From the NCBI GenBank assembly GCA_964495685.1, contig CAZBVQ010000002.1:107284-171283 (forward strand): a DNA stretch of 64,000 nt, written 5' to 3'. The notes under the pieces are model-generated. The model did not search any database and had not been told where the DNA came from. It saw nothing but the letters and a program-made list of their open reading frames with translations. Both the position numbers and the translations under genes were made by a program. Each line of letters opens with the position of its first letter. The stretch's first letter is position 1. The stretch comes from an uncultured Candidatus Saccharibacteria bacterium (GTDB lineage Bacteria; Patescibacteriota; Minisyncoccia; Phycocordibacterales; PALSA-1337). Shown here piece by piece: positions 9,756-19,306 of the stretch.

Positions 9756-11438
9756 TTAAATGCCGATATCGGGGTATTGAGGAGGCAAATCAACCATTTC
9801 TTCCTCGTATGCAGGCTTTACCCTGCCATATGGAGTATCAATCAGGGTTTCTTGGTAAATATCTCTCGGCCGCTCTTTGCCTGCAGGCCGAGCAATATCG
9901 CTTTGGTATGCTGTCGCATCGCTTATATCGTCATGCGGAGAGTCGGGAAAACGCATCAGTTCATTTTCAAGATCATTGCACTCATTCTGCAAATGAAAAA
10001 CGCTTCTGGTTTCGTACCTATAAAGTAACCCTGTCCTGATACGATCTTCTTTTGAACGTCCTTGATGCTTGAGCCACGTTAGAGGTAAAAATATCTGCCG
10101 CATTCTCTGCTCATGCCTAAGCATCGGTTCTAATCCTCTCGTAAAAGCAGTATCTTCCCATCCGAACTTGACCGGAGGTGTACCGGATTGAATGAGAAAA
10201 CTGTAAATGCCGAACATCTTATTTATGATTTCTGACGGTCCCAGTTTTTCTCTCCATGCTTTGAGATGCCACTTGCCCAGAGTATCAATCCAATTGATGC
10301 AAAACCCCACAAAGTCTCCATCACCTTTTATGGGACCATCTTCTTTGGTGCTCGGCGTATCAATCGTCACATATGCCGCGACTTTTTTCTGCGTAAGCGC
10401 TTCGAAAGTCATTAGCTGGAACCATTCACGTTTAAATAGCGACTTGGACTCATCAATCGGCTGGCAAAGCATTTCAGCTTGGAAGTCAGCGTCACCTTCT
10501 TCAGGTGTCCACATTGAACGCCTCTTGGCTTCAATACTTACCCTGCCAGTCTCCAATGCTTCAACTTCAGTCATGGTCCAGCGTTCAGGCCATGTCGGAG
10601 TATGCAATCCTCCCATTAATGTGCCTTGGCAGATGGGTACAATACGAACTCGAAGCTCTGGGTCATTTTTGGCACGTTCAATCACACTTTCGACGTTCCC
10701 GTATTCACTTAAAATATTTCCTAGATACAAAACTCTCCGTCTCGATGAGTCGAGACCTCGCTTAAATTCTTGAATGTGAAGTCTTACCTGATTTGTTGCC
10801 GCTTCACTTTTTAAAGTCTTCTTGGTTTCAAAGTCATCAAGCAGTACAAAACCTGGACGCATTGCTCCATGAACACGGCCTCGAACGCTTTCCTGCGTGC
10901 TATATGCTTCTACACGTATGCCGTTCTTTATGATGTTTTGATTTTCATCAACAATAGGATTTGTAATGAAATCTTTTATTCTTTTTTGGGTTACTTGGTC
11001 CTTACTTCGCTTGATGTTATATTTTTCCCCGAAGTCACTCGTAAATCTTTCATTGGTCTGAAGCTCCCAGACCACATCAAAGAGAATGCGCTCCGAGTTT
11101 GTGCTATCAAACGCGTCTGCATTGATGTATGGCTCGATGTCATAGGCAATCATGTAGAGCATGAGCCCTTTGGCAAAACTCGTCTTAGCACTCTCACCAA
11201 ACATGAACCATCCGAGTTCACGGATTTTCAAATCAAGAAGGTCATGAACGTCAGCCATCATGTCGTAATGGAAATCGGCAAATTGACTGCGGACATAATG
11301 AGGCAGGTAGTATGCAAGAAAGTAACCGAAGTGCTCTTTAGCGTGGCTCATACGCACTTCCCTTCGTGCCTCCCGCAGAGTCTTGAGCCCCTCGGCCGTC
11401 ACTCTCGGAAGTATCGTTGTTGGTTCGGGATTTATCAT
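9756..11438 (-). CDS. terL: Phage terminase large subunit
   Basis: 560 aa with an N-terminal ATPase region and a C-terminal nuclease-like region. The FVLLDDFETK stretch resembles a Walker-B segment as seen in terminase large subunits. It follows a small-terminase-like gene. Confidence 0.7.
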   Translation of the reverse strand: MINPEPTTILPRVTAEGLKTLREARREVRMSHAKEHFGYFLAYYLPHYVRSQFADFHYDMMADVHDLLDLKIRELGWFMFGESAKTSFAKGLMLYMIAYDIEPYINADAFDSTNSERILFDVVWELQTNERFTSDFGEKYNIKRSKDQVTQKRIKDFITNPIVDENQNIIKNGIRVEAYSTQESVRGRVHGAMRPGFVLLDDFETKKTLKSEAATNQVRLHIQEFKRGLDSSRRRVLYLGNILSEYGNVESVIERAKNDPELRVRIVPICQGTLMGGLHTPTWPERWTMTEVEALETGRVSIEAKRRSMWTPEEGDADFQAEMLCQPIDESKSLFKREWFQLMTFEALTQKKVAAYVTIDTPSTKEDGPIKGDGDFVGFCINWIDTLGKWHLKAWREKLGPSEIINKMFGIYSFLIQSGTPPVKFGWEDTAFTRGLEPMLRHEQRMRQIFLPLTWLKHQGRSKEDRIRTGLLYRYETRSVFHLQNECNDLENELMRFPDSPHDDISDATAYQSDIARPAGKERPRDIYQETLIDTPYGRVKPAYEEEMVDLPPQYPDIGI

Positions 11439-11907
11439 GCCTTTTAAATAGTGTTTCGTGATTAATTGCTTCTTCTTGGGTAAAGAGAACCTTGCCGTTA
11501 AGTTTCATCTCACCTTCAACCGGCTGTTTTACCTTGCCGTCCACTCTCTCGAGCACAATCTCTGCGGCCTTGAGGTTGCCCTCGGATGCCATAGTGACTA
11601 CTTTTTTGACGATAATTTCATCGTAGGTCACCTTTTGTCCGTCTTTGGCCACACCTCCATGCTGTCGTATCACTCGTTTGAACATTGTCGAGAAATGTTG
11701 AGCTCCTACCGGCTTACCAGGGTTGCCCGTAACGAATCGGCCAGTCACAGGGTCTCTCACCGTATTTTCACCGTATTTACGGTCATCCGTTGACCCTTCT
11801 CCACTATCCGTATTCACCGTATGTTTAGGCGGAGGAAGGAGTAATATTGGTTTGTCATTCTTCTCTTGGTTCATATTTGGTTTTTTGCCATCCTTCGACC
11901 CTTCCAT
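11338..11907 (-). CDS. terS: Phage terminase small subunit (start may be the internal Met at 11874)
   Basis: Basic N-terminus with the TGRFVTGNPGKPVG motif typical of small terminase or DNA-packaging proteins. It overlaps terL downstream. Confidence 0.5.
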   Translation of the reverse strand: MEGSKDGKKPNMNQEKNDKPILLLPPPKHTVNTDSGEGSTDDRKYGENTVRDPVTGRFVTGNPGKPVGAQHFSTMFKRVIRQHGGVAKDGQKVTYDEIIVKKVVTMASEGNLKAAEIVLERVDGKVKQPVEGEMKLNGKVLFTQEEAINHETLFKRHDKSRTNNDTSESDGRGAQDSAGGTKGSAYEPR

Positions 11908-13174
11908 TCCGGACCACTTCCTCTACGCCGGTGTAATCGACCCACCTCTGTACTATGACATCGGCAAACTTTGGATCGAGTTCTATTCCTATGCATATTC
12001 TGCCTGACTTTTGACAGGCAACGAGCGTACTTCCACTACCAAGAAAGGGATCGATTACGAGGTCACCTTCTTTTGAGCTGTTGTGGAGGGCGTAAATGAT
12101 GAGTTCTACAGGTTTTTGTGTTGGGTGCTTATATTCGCTTACCTTGTCGCGCTTCATGGTCCATAGAGTAAACTTTCCTTCAGTCTCAAGTTTCTTTTGT
12201 TTCTTTGCCCAGTTCAAAATCTTCTGCTCGCTATCATGGAAATCTATGACTGTGTACTTGTCACGGCCGCTATAAAAGATTGATTCAACGCCTTCTTTTG
12301 AGGCATAAAAGAATGGTTCATGTTTCCATCGATAATCTCCCCAACCCATTGATGCTGTCGGCTTATTCCAAATCAATTGATTTCTCACAGCCATACCATG
12401 TTTTTTGAGTGCTTTCTCAAATTGAGATTGACTTGATGTGGAATGAAAGACATACCATCCCGCTCCTGCTTTAGTATGTGTTGCAATGCATCCAAATGCG
12501 TTATCGAGGAGTGTCTCAAATGCTTCGGCATTCATATCGTCATTCAAGATTCCCTCACTGGTATTCTTTCCTCGACCTGAATAGTTCACGTTGTATGGGG
12601 GATCGGTAAAAACCATGTCCGCCTGTCGGCCGAGCATTATCTTCTGCCAAATCTCCGGATCGATTGAATCACCGCAAATGAAGATGTGCTGGCCAAGCTG
12701 ATACACATCCCCTAGTTTTGTCTTTGGTTCAGTGGGAGTTTCAGGAACCACGTCGTCTTTCTCGTCTTCATCGAGAATAATGTCGCGGTCAAAGCCGGTA
12801 AGAGTGATGTCGAAGCCCATGGCATGAAGGTCGACGAGGTCTTCCCGTAAAAGTCCCATGATCCAGTCGCTCTCATTTAACTTGTTGTCGGCAATCCGGT
12901 AAGCCATCTCTTGAGCCTCGGTTAAGGGAGTGGTTTCTGGCGAACCATGGACCGTATTACCCATGTCATCCATGATCCAGATCGGCTTCAGCTCCTCTCT
13001 GTATTTCTGCCAAGTAGCAAAGCGTCCATGACCGATTACGATTATTCCTTTTTGGTTCACCATGACGGGCTGACGCCAGCCGACTTCTTTGACGATAGCA
13101 GCAAGTTGCTTCAATTGGCTCTCTGGATGAGCCTTGGCGTTATTTTTATACGGTTGTATGTGTGATATATCCAT
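11855..13174 (-). CDS. ParB-like nuclease domain fused to an N6-adenine/N4-cytosine DNA methyltransferase
   Basis: N-terminal ParB/Srx-like segment (RQPVMVNQKGIIVIGHGRF) followed by the methyltransferase catalytic motif TDPPYN and a C-terminal AdoMet-binding DPFLGSGST. This fusion is common in phages. Confidence 0.8.
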   Translation of the reverse strand: MDISHIQPYKNNAKAHPESQLKQLAAIVKEVGWRQPVMVNQKGIIVIGHGRFATWQKYREELKPIWIMDDMGNTVHGSPETTPLTEAQEMAYRIADNKLNESDWIMGLLREDLVDLHAMGFDITLTGFDRDIILDEDEKDDVVPETPTEPKTKLGDVYQLGQHIFICGDSIDPEIWQKIMLGRQADMVFTDPPYNVNYSGRGKNTSEGILNDDMNAEAFETLLDNAFGCIATHTKAGAGWYVFHSTSSQSQFEKALKKHGMAVRNQLIWNKPTASMGWGDYRWKHEPFFYASKEGVESIFYSGRDKYTVIDFHDSEQKILNWAKKQKKLETEGKFTLWTMKRDKVSEYKHPTQKPVELIIYALHNSSKEGDLVIDPFLGSGSTLVACQKSGRICIGIELDPKFADVIVQRWVDYTGVEEVVRNGRVEGWQKTKYEPREE

Positions 13175-13178
13175 ATGT

Positions 13179-13574
13179 TTATTTTTCCATCCAGCTTTTC
13201 ATACTCGATTCGTTGCAGGCACCGACTATGCCGCCATCGCTCATGTACTCATAACTAGGCTTGCCTGATTTTTCAGGATGTATGCCTATTATCATGCGCT
13301 CATCACCTTTGCCATTTTTACAAATCGTGCCAAAAGTATATGTGAGCTTTTGGTCGGCATATTTCTTTTCAAAGTGATGCCGGAGAGCTGAGAAAAATTC
13401 CACCTCTACCGTTTCAAGGTATATGCTAATAGCCTCCTTCTGTTTCGATTTGAACATGGGAAGAAGACTGTGAGCTCCGATAATCCATGCCCCCACAAGA
13501 TCAGGCCGAGCCGCAAGAAAACGGGCTGATAGATCAATAGGATTGGTTTGTATTTTATGTGTATTTTTAATCAT
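13179..13574 (-). CDS. Phage hypothetical protein
   Basis: 131-aa ORF in the phage early region with no recognisable motif. Confidence 0.25.
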   Translation of the reverse strand: MIKNTHKIQTNPIDLSARFLAARPDLVGAWIIGAHSLLPMFKSKQKEAISIYLETVEVEFFSALRHHFEKKYADQKLTYTFGTICKNGKGDERMIIGIHPEKSGKPSYEYMSDGGIVGACNESSMKSWMEK

Positions 13575-13585
13575 GATATTTAAAT

Positions 13586-13990
13586 TTAAATAATTTTCTC
13601 TATTTCCCTTGCAGGACTGTATTCAACTGCGTCAGAACCGATGATTTCTCCGCAAAGACTGCACCGCTTGACCCATCGTGCGTGAGAGCAATGCTCATTT
13701 CTCCGGCAATTCTCAACATTCCTTACGTCCTCGTACATTCCCTTAAATTCCTGGTTATATTTCTGCTTTTTTCTTTGTCGATAAATCGCGGCAACTTCCT
13801 CGGGCATGCGGCGTGCCACTTTGATCTTACGGACCCAACCCTTCGATTTCACATGGAAGTGGATATTGCCGTTTTTTACATTGAAGTACACTGATATCCA
13901 CAATATTTTCCAGCCGTCATCTTCATACCTCCTTCGAGCTTCCTCGATTTGTGAAGTATCCAGTTTGTATCGTGGATTATTTCTCTCCAT
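13586..13990 (-). CDS. Phage hypothetical protein with a Cys-rich C-terminus
   Basis: 134 aa. The C-terminal HCSHARWVKRCSLCGE segment could be a Zn-binding or HNH-like element, but this is not certain. Confidence 0.25.
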   Translation of the reverse strand: MERNNPRYKLDTSQIEEARRRYEDDGWKILWISVYFNVKNGNIHFHVKSKGWVRKIKVARRMPEEVAAIYRQRKKQKYNQEFKGMYEDVRNVENCRRNEHCSHARWVKRCSLCGEIIGSDAVEYSPAREIEKII

Positions 13991-14927
13991 GGCATGTAAG
14001 TAATTTCCTTGCTATAGCCTCTACAACATTCACTGTTACTGCATTGCCTAACGTCTTGTATCTCTGCGTGTCACTTACCCCTTCGGTCCACCCATCGGGA
14101 AACCCTTGAAGCCTCTCGCACTCGGTCGGGGTGAGCTTTCTAATATGCATGGTGTGTCGCCACCGACTTTTAAGGTCTGACATATTCCTGACACCTCGAG
14201 TGGCTTCCTCGATCGAAACATGCTCCTCACAATTCCATTCGTCATCTTTTTGGAGAGGAAATATTTCCGGTCGGGGTGTTCCTCTAAGATGTCCGACAAT
14301 GAAGACTCGTTCTCGGTTCTGGGGCACTCCGAAATTCTTGCTGTTAAGCACTTGCCATTCGACGTCATACCCCAGCTTGATAAGCTCGGATATGATGATT
14401 CTGAAAGTTCGGCCGTCGTCATGACTCGTGAGTCCCTTAACATTTTCAAGAAGGAATAGTCTTGGCTGTTTATGCCGAAGGATGCGAGAAATTTCAAAGA
14501 AGAGAGTACCTCTCGTGTCCTTGAAACCCTTCCGTTTGCCAGCAATGCTGAAACTCTGGCATGGAAAACCTCCGATGAGCAGACCAAAATCGGGGAGGTT
14601 ACTAGTTTTGATTTCTCTGATGTCGCCGTAGTTTTTGTGATTGAAGTATCTTTCATATATTTGGATTGCATATTTGTCGATTTCGGCATAACCCACACAA
14701 TGAGGTGCTCTCGGGTCATGGTTCCAGTGAGGCAATTGGAGAGGGTGTCGTTTCGAAGAGTCAATTCTTTTCCCCTTCTTGGACTCCAGTCTTTCCCCTT
14801 TTCCATCATTTGCTTTCGAATTCTTTTTGCTACTTCCGATCTTGTTTCCGTGAGTGATATCCACATAGGCTTGTATAAGTCCGAGCTCGAAGCCGCCGAT
14901 ACCGGTAAAGAGACTAAAGTACCTCAT
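13977..14927 (-). CDS. DNA cytosine-5 methyltransferase (Dcm-like)
   Basis: Motif I FSLFTGIGGFELG, catalytic PCQ motif GGFPCQSFSIAGKRKG, and the ENV motif LLENVKGL. The most likely start is the internal Met at 14927 (MRYFSLF...). The longer ORF-track start at 15077 would overlap the RusA-like gene by 164 nt. Confidence 0.85.
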   Translation of the reverse strand: MRYFSLFTGIGGFELGLIQAYVDITHGNKIGSSKKNSKANDGKGERLESKKGKRIDSSKRHPLQLPHWNHDPRAPHCVGYAEIDKYAIQIYERYFNHKNYGDIREIKTSNLPDFGLLIGGFPCQSFSIAGKRKGFKDTRGTLFFEISRILRHKQPRLFLLENVKGLTSHDDGRTFRIIISELIKLGYDVEWQVLNSKNFGVPQNRERVFIVGHLRGTPRPEIFPLQKDDEWNCEEHVSIEEATRGVRNMSDLKSRWRHTMHIRKLTPTECERLQGFPDGWTEGVSDTQRYKTLGNAVTVNVVEAIARKLLTCHGEK

Positions 14928-15348
14928 CGGCTCCGGTGTTAATGGTAATTTTGACTTCGACCTTTCCTCTGCCATCCGATGCATGGCATGATTCAAAGCT
15001 CCCGTCGAGGAACTTGTCATCCTTGAAGAGAGAGTCGGCAATGCCTTTGAAGATATTGTCCGGATCGCCATGGACACCGTTTCTCCAGAATATTTTTATA
15101 TCCATCCGCGCCCTTTCAGAGGCCTTTGTGGTAAGAGGCTCATCATCAACAATCAAGTGCCGGTCGTTGTAGGAAACGTATTCCGGATATCCTTTGAAGA
15201 ATGAATTGCGCACATATTCCTTCCATGCGTAGTACCTCTGAGCATTTGGAAGCCAGAGTGCACGGCTTACTACTCGAACATACGGAATTGGATTACCTTC
15301 ATTGTCTTCCTGATTTCCTTTAATGGTGAATGTGATTATCTTTGTCAT
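14914..15348 (-). CDS. rusA: RusA-like Holliday-junction resolvase
   Basis: 144 aa. The GDPDNIFKGIADSL segment aligns with the RusA catalytic D-x-D-N...K block (E. coli RusA RRDLDNLQKAAFDAL), and the length is right for RusA. Confidence 0.5.
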   Translation of the reverse strand: MTKIITFTIKGNQEDNEGNPIPYVRVVSRALWLPNAQRYYAWKEYVRNSFFKGYPEYVSYNDRHLIVDDEPLTTKASERARMDIKIFWRNGVHGDPDNIFKGIADSLFKDDKFLDGSFESCHASDGRGKVEVKITINTGADEVL

Positions 15349-15352
15349 TGGT

Positions 15353-15901
15353 TTATTTGAATCGATTAATGGTCATCTTTCGTGCAAGCTCTCTGGTGAA
15401 ATCCCCATAGTTATCCACAGGCGGGTCTGAATTTTTGCTAAGACTAGGTTTCAATTTGTTTCCTGAATTTTGTGGGTCCAAACTTTGAACTACTTTTGGT
15501 TCATTTTTTGGACTCCTTCTGGTCTGTTTTCTGAACTGGTCTATTTTTTGGACTACTTTTTCCACATCCATGTGGAGATTGATCTGGTAGCAGTTTCCCT
15601 TGCTCGTTTTTCTGACCAAAATGACAGCTTCGGCACGGACCAGATTTTTGAGTGCCTGCGTGACCGATGCACGGACCAGTCCGGTACCATAGTCGAGCAC
15701 CTTTCCGTATCTGTCTCTGATTCCATCAACGAATTGCGAGAAACTAATGCGATCGTAATCCTTGTGGAATCCGAAGGTTCGGCGGCAGATGTATAAAATG
15801 CATTTGCCTTCGGCCGAAGGAATACGAGGGAGTAGAATATCCATAACCACATTCGGTATCTGGGTACTGTTTGGAATCAATGTTTTCTTTGGTTCTTCCA
15901 T
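15353..15901 (-). CDS. Putative phage replication initiation or organiser protein (winged-helix)
   Basis: 182 aa with a predicted wHTH segment (ISFSQFVDGIRDRYGKVLDYGTGLVRASVTQALKNLV). It sits between an ATPase and RusA in a replication module. The call is weak. Confidence 0.3.
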   Translation of the reverse strand: MEEPKKTLIPNSTQIPNVVMDILLPRIPSAEGKCILYICRRTFGFHKDYDRISFSQFVDGIRDRYGKVLDYGTGLVRASVTQALKNLVRAEAVILVRKTSKGNCYQINLHMDVEKVVQKIDQFRKQTRRSPKNEPKVVQSLDPQNSGNKLKPSLSKNSDPPVDNYGDFTRELARKMTINRFK

Positions 15902-16016
15902 ATTGGTGAAGAAAGAAAGCGCCTTGAGGCGTAAATCTCTCGGTGCTTAGCCCCTCGTCTCAATCCTCACGCCACTGCGATGAGGACTGAGTCAGTGGCC
16001 AAGCCTTTTTGAAGGA

Positions 16017-17153
16017 TTACTTCTTAGGCTTTCCTACTTTCTTGATTGGTTTGTCGACCTTTGGTTCTTGGCTCATCTCTGCGGCTTCTGAGGCAGTATG
16101 GTCTTGGACAAATTCCTGGACCTTGGCAAATCCTGCTTCCAGTTCTTCTGGTCGCAGAGATTCAACTACCGTCCAGCTCATGGTGTTGAAGGCGTATTTA
16201 ATGGCATCAATTTTGAGCTTCTTTTGTTCAGCTGCCTGACCTGGCCAGACGGAGACGAGATAGTTTTCGATCTCCTCAAGCCATCGCTTTTTGAGTTGCT
16301 TCCACTCGTACTTTTCTTCTTCAGTCCGGAAGAGCTGTCCTGCGTCCCTTTCTGCGGCAGTTTGAAGTGCCTCCGGTGCTTCAAGCATGATGTCTATGGC
16401 TGGTGCGAAGTCCTTATAGCCAGGATTCTCAAAAACTTTTCCATCGATTACTGTTGAGCGGTCTTTGATGACAATTCCTTGGCGAACAACTTTCTTGATT
16501 GAGCCGCCCTCCATTTCCTGCATGCGTTCCATGAGGACAAGGAGATCAGGTTCATAGGCCGTTTCGCCTTCGACTTTCATCTTTACTCCTGACTTATAAA
16601 TTTCTCTTTTGCCGGTCTCTTTGTTGATCTCGTTTTCATACTCGTATCCCGCACGACCGGTCATCACGATGTGATATGGGTCTCTTACGAATGGGTCTGA
16701 AAATTCAGATTTCCATGTGGGCTTAATTACGCCCCAATCTTGAAATTCAAGTCTGGTGCGTCGAACTTTCTCGGCATATGCCTTAAGGAAGTCTTCCCAG
16801 ACGTGGGAGATTGAGTCGATAATGAGGATGTCGCCCGCACCTTGTCGCATGCGGCTCATGGTTTCCTTGAGGTCAGCAAGCGATCGTGATTCACGGACCA
16901 AGACCTCGATGCCTTCTTTGGCAAAAATCGGCTTCAAGAACTTTGCGGCCTTTTCTGTGTCAAAGATGACCACTGGTTTCTTTGACCCGATTCTCTTGTA
17001 GAGTCCTATCGCTATTTGAGCTGTGGTATATGTCTTACCCGATCCGGCAAAGCCTTCGAAGGCTGCCTTGAAGTAAGGTTTGGTATTGCCGATTGAGGCA
17101 AAGAAGTTATCTTTGGCCTGCGGCAATGGTTTTGATAATGTTTGTGTGTTCAT
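16017..17153 (-). CDS. Phage RecA-like AAA ATPase (AAA_24/Sak4-like)
   Basis: Walker A GFAGSGKTYT near the N-terminus and Walker-B-like ILIIDSISHVW. It lies in the replication/recombination module. Confidence 0.5.
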   Translation of the reverse strand: MNTQTLSKPLPQAKDNFFASIGNTKPYFKAAFEGFAGSGKTYTTAQIAIGLYKRIGSKKPVVIFDTEKAAKFLKPIFAKEGIEVLVRESRSLADLKETMSRMRQGAGDILIIDSISHVWEDFLKAYAEKVRRTRLEFQDWGVIKPTWKSEFSDPFVRDPYHIVMTGRAGYEYENEINKETGKREIYKSGVKMKVEGETAYEPDLLVLMERMQEMEGGSIKKVVRQGIVIKDRSTVIDGKVFENPGYKDFAPAIDIMLEAPEALQTAAERDAGQLFRTEEEKYEWKQLKKRWLEEIENYLVSVWPGQAAEQKKLKIDAIKYAFNTMSWTVVESLRPEELEAGFAKVQEFVQDHTASEAAEMSQEPKVDKPIKKVGKPKK

Positions 17154-17229
17154 AGTTTGTTATTGACTTCCCGAGAGGTTTTTGAGAGAATGGATTTATT
17201 GATGAATCTAATCTCTCCTCGGGGAGATT

Positions 17230-17496
17230 TTATTTTGATAATTTCTTTTTCTTGGGAGGTTCCTGTAACTGTCGGATGGTTTCCTTAACCAATCCTTGAT
17301 GGATGAGGTCTGCCGCTTCATCTAGCTTTTCCTGACTTGATTCGGCTGTAAGTGTTGAGAGTTTTCCAAGAAGCTCTCCCATCCAGTCTCCGATGTTGTC
17401 GAGGAGTTCAGGCAGGATTCGTTCATCCACGATGCTCGATGCTCTCTCCTTGAGGAGCAATCGTATTTCTTGCTTGGTTGTCATAGATGTTTTCAC
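17230..17496 (-). CDS. Phage hypothetical protein
   Basis: 88-aa helical ORF that overlaps the end of 17423..17782. Confidence 0.25.
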   Translation of the reverse strand: MKTSMTTKQEIRLLLKERASSIVDERILPELLDNIGDWMGELLGKLSTLTAESSQEKLDEAADLIHQGLVKETIRQLQEPPKKKKLSK

Positions 17497-17782
17497 TTAA
17501 CTGCTTAATTTTTTGCTGTCGAAGTTCTTCTCGCTCTTTGAGGCGTTTCTGCCTTTCCTTGCTGAGCTGAACATTCTTTCTGAGGCGAATTTCACTTGGT
17601 TGCTTGTGTTCGATATCGACTATGTCGCCTATACGTAGCCGATATAATGCTGTGAGCCACTTACCTTCGAGGATCAAGGCTGGTATGCCTCTCCTTCGGT
17701 ATGTGACTACACGTTTGTTCCTGATGATGATTGTCATTGGTAGCATCTGGCCGTGTGCACCGGCCGATCCCTTTTCGGGCAA
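17423..17782 (-). CDS. AbrB/MazE-family (SpoVT_AbrB swapped-hairpin) DNA-binding protein
   Basis: IPALILEGKWLTALYRLRIGDIVDIEHK matches the AbrB/MazE beta-barrel pattern, followed by a basic coiled-coil tail. The true start is probably an internal Met (MLPMTIII...). Confidence 0.4.
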   Translation of the reverse strand: MPEKGSAGAHGQMLPMTIIIRNKRVVTYRRRGIPALILEGKWLTALYRLRIGDIVDIEHKQPSEIRLRKNVQLSKERQKRLKEREELRQQKIKQLSENIYDNQARNTIAPQGESIEHRG

Positions 17783-17795
17783 TGATTATGTTCAA

Positions 17796-18227
17796 TCATT
17801 CGACAGAATGTCTGTGGCCGAGAGTAATCCGATGTTCCGCAAAGCAATTTCTTCCGAGCTTCTTTTCTAGAAAAGCTCCGATGGCCTTGAGGTTGCCTTT
17901 GGCTCCTATGTGCCAGGTTGTAACCTGCTTCACAAGCGAAGAGTCCTTGTAGTCGTATATGGTGAGAACTGTCGGGTTTCTGCCTACTGACTTGAATGCC
18001 CACTCAGCTCTGACTTTCTGATCTGCTGAGCGCCAGGGACCTTCAACTGTGCAGTCATGAGGTCTACCGAATGCTTTGTGCAATTTGCCGTATGAGATTG
18101 TCATGTTTCCATGACCACTCGTACCCATTACATCCTTCGGATTCGCGGCAATAAACGCATGTTTTGTCTTCATGATTGTTGCAATTGGTTGATAAAATTC
18201 GACCTTTGGCAGACGGTGCGGATACAA
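17796..18227 (-). CDS. Hypothetical protein, the last gene before the phage/host junction
   Basis: 143-aa ORF with no motif recognised. Confidence 0.25.
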   Translation of the reverse strand: MYPHRLPKVEFYQPIATIMKTKHAFIAANPKDVMGTSGHGNMTISYGKLHKAFGRPHDCTVEGPWRSADQKVRAEWAFKSVGRNPTVLTIYDYKDSSLVKQVTTWHIGAKGNLKAIGAFLEKKLGRNCFAEHRITLGHRHSVE

Positions 18228-18228
18228 A

Positions 18229-18262
18229 AAAGCTCCGCGTTTTACGGAGCTTTAAAGTTCGA
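18229..18262 (-). terminator. Rho-independent terminator downstream of gapA, with a bidirectional look
   Basis: AAAAAAGCTCCGCGTTTTACGGAGCTTT. An 8-bp GC-containing stem is flanked by an A-run on one side and a T-run on the other. On the minus strand it reads hairpin followed by TTTTTTG directly after the gapA stop. Confidence 0.6.
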
Positions 18263-18274
18263 ATTTTCTCTTTT

Positions 18275-19306
18275 TTAGATTAACATTCCGGCTTTTATGA
18301 CATGTTGTACGAGGGTATATGTGTACCCCATCTCATTGTCATACCACGCCAATACTTTGACCAAATTACCATCGACGACACGCGTCATCTCGAGATCTGC
18401 AATAGAAGCATGACGATTGCCGACAATGTCATGCGAAACGAGAGGCTCCTCGGTCACGGTGAAGATACCATTCCAGCGAGGCTCCTTGGCGGCCTTCTTG
18501 AGAAGAGTGTTGACCTCTTCAGCGGTAGTATTTTTCTTGGAAATGAAGGTGACATCGACGATAGAACCAGCGACTACTGGCACACGGATAGAGATACCAT
18601 CAAACTTTCCTTGAAGCTGCGTAGCAACTTTGGTCACTGCAATAGCAGCACCAGTCGAAGATGGGACAATATTCTGTGCAGCGGCACGACCTTCACGGAG
18701 GTCTTTCTTTGATGGACCATCGACGATAGCTTGTGAGGCAGTATATGCGTGAACGGTGTTGAGCACTGCCTTTTCGATACCGAGAGTCTCGTCGAGAATG
18801 GCGATGAGTGGTGAGCCGGCATTGGTGGTACATGAAGCATTCGAGGTGATCTGACATCCTTCGAGCTTGTCTTCATTCATACCCATAAGGACTGTGGCGC
18901 TCTGGAATGGAGAGTCGGGTGCATCCTTGGTCGGTGCGGAAACGACTACCCTCTTTGCACCAGCGGTGATATGAGCCTGGGCTTTTTCGGCAGAGGTGAA
19001 TAGGCCGGTTGATTCAACGACAATGTCAATACCCAGGGCCTTCCACGGGAGTTTGGTTGGATCTTTCTCAGAAATAAACTGAACTTCTTGTCCATCGATG
19101 ATGAGGGCAGTCTTCTTTTCATTGACCGAAACATCAAAAGGGCTAACACCATACGCGGTGTCATATTTGAGGAGATAGGCGAAATTCTCGATACTACCGA
19201 GATCGTTGACAGCGACCAACTCCAATTCTTGTCTATCTTTGGCGACCTTGGCGAATGCGCGACCGATACGACCGAAACCGTTGATTGCTACGCGGATTTT
19301 TTTCAT
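18275..19306 (-). CDS. gapA: Glyceraldehyde-3-phosphate dehydrogenase (type I)
   Basis: N-terminal Rossmann motif KIRVAINGFGRIGR and the catalytic region SNASCTTN. The true start is the internal Met (MKKIRVAING) at 19306, not the upstream ORF-track start. Confidence 0.9.
   Translation of the reverse strand: MKKIRVAINGFGRIGRAFAKVAKDRQELELVAVNDLGSIENFAYLLKYDTAYGVSPFDVSVNEKKTALIIDGQEVQFISEKDPTKLPWKALGIDIVVESTGLFTSAEKAQAHITAGAKRVVVSAPTKDAPDSPFQSATVLMGMNEDKLEGCQITSNASCTTNAGSPLIAILDETLGIEKAVLNTVHAYTASQAIVDGPSKKDLREGRAAAQNIVPSSTGAAIAVTKVATQLQGKFDGISIRVPVVAGSIVDVTFISKKNTTAEEVNTLLKKAAKEPRWNGIFTVTEEPLVSHDIVGNRHASIADLEMTRVVDGNLVKVLAWYDNEMGYTYTLVQHVIKAGMLI

Noticed and set aside
10207-10773. 188-aa plus-strand ORF antisense to the large terminase gene
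   Set aside because: It is fully embedded antisense in a gene with strong functional assignment, and its translation is S/P-rich low-complexity.
14075-14866. 263-aa minus-strand ORF overlapping the C5-methyltransferase gene in another frame
   Set aside because: It is entirely nested in a gene with unambiguous methyltransferase motifs, and its own translation is low-complexity S/R/T-rich, so it is a spurious overlapping frame.
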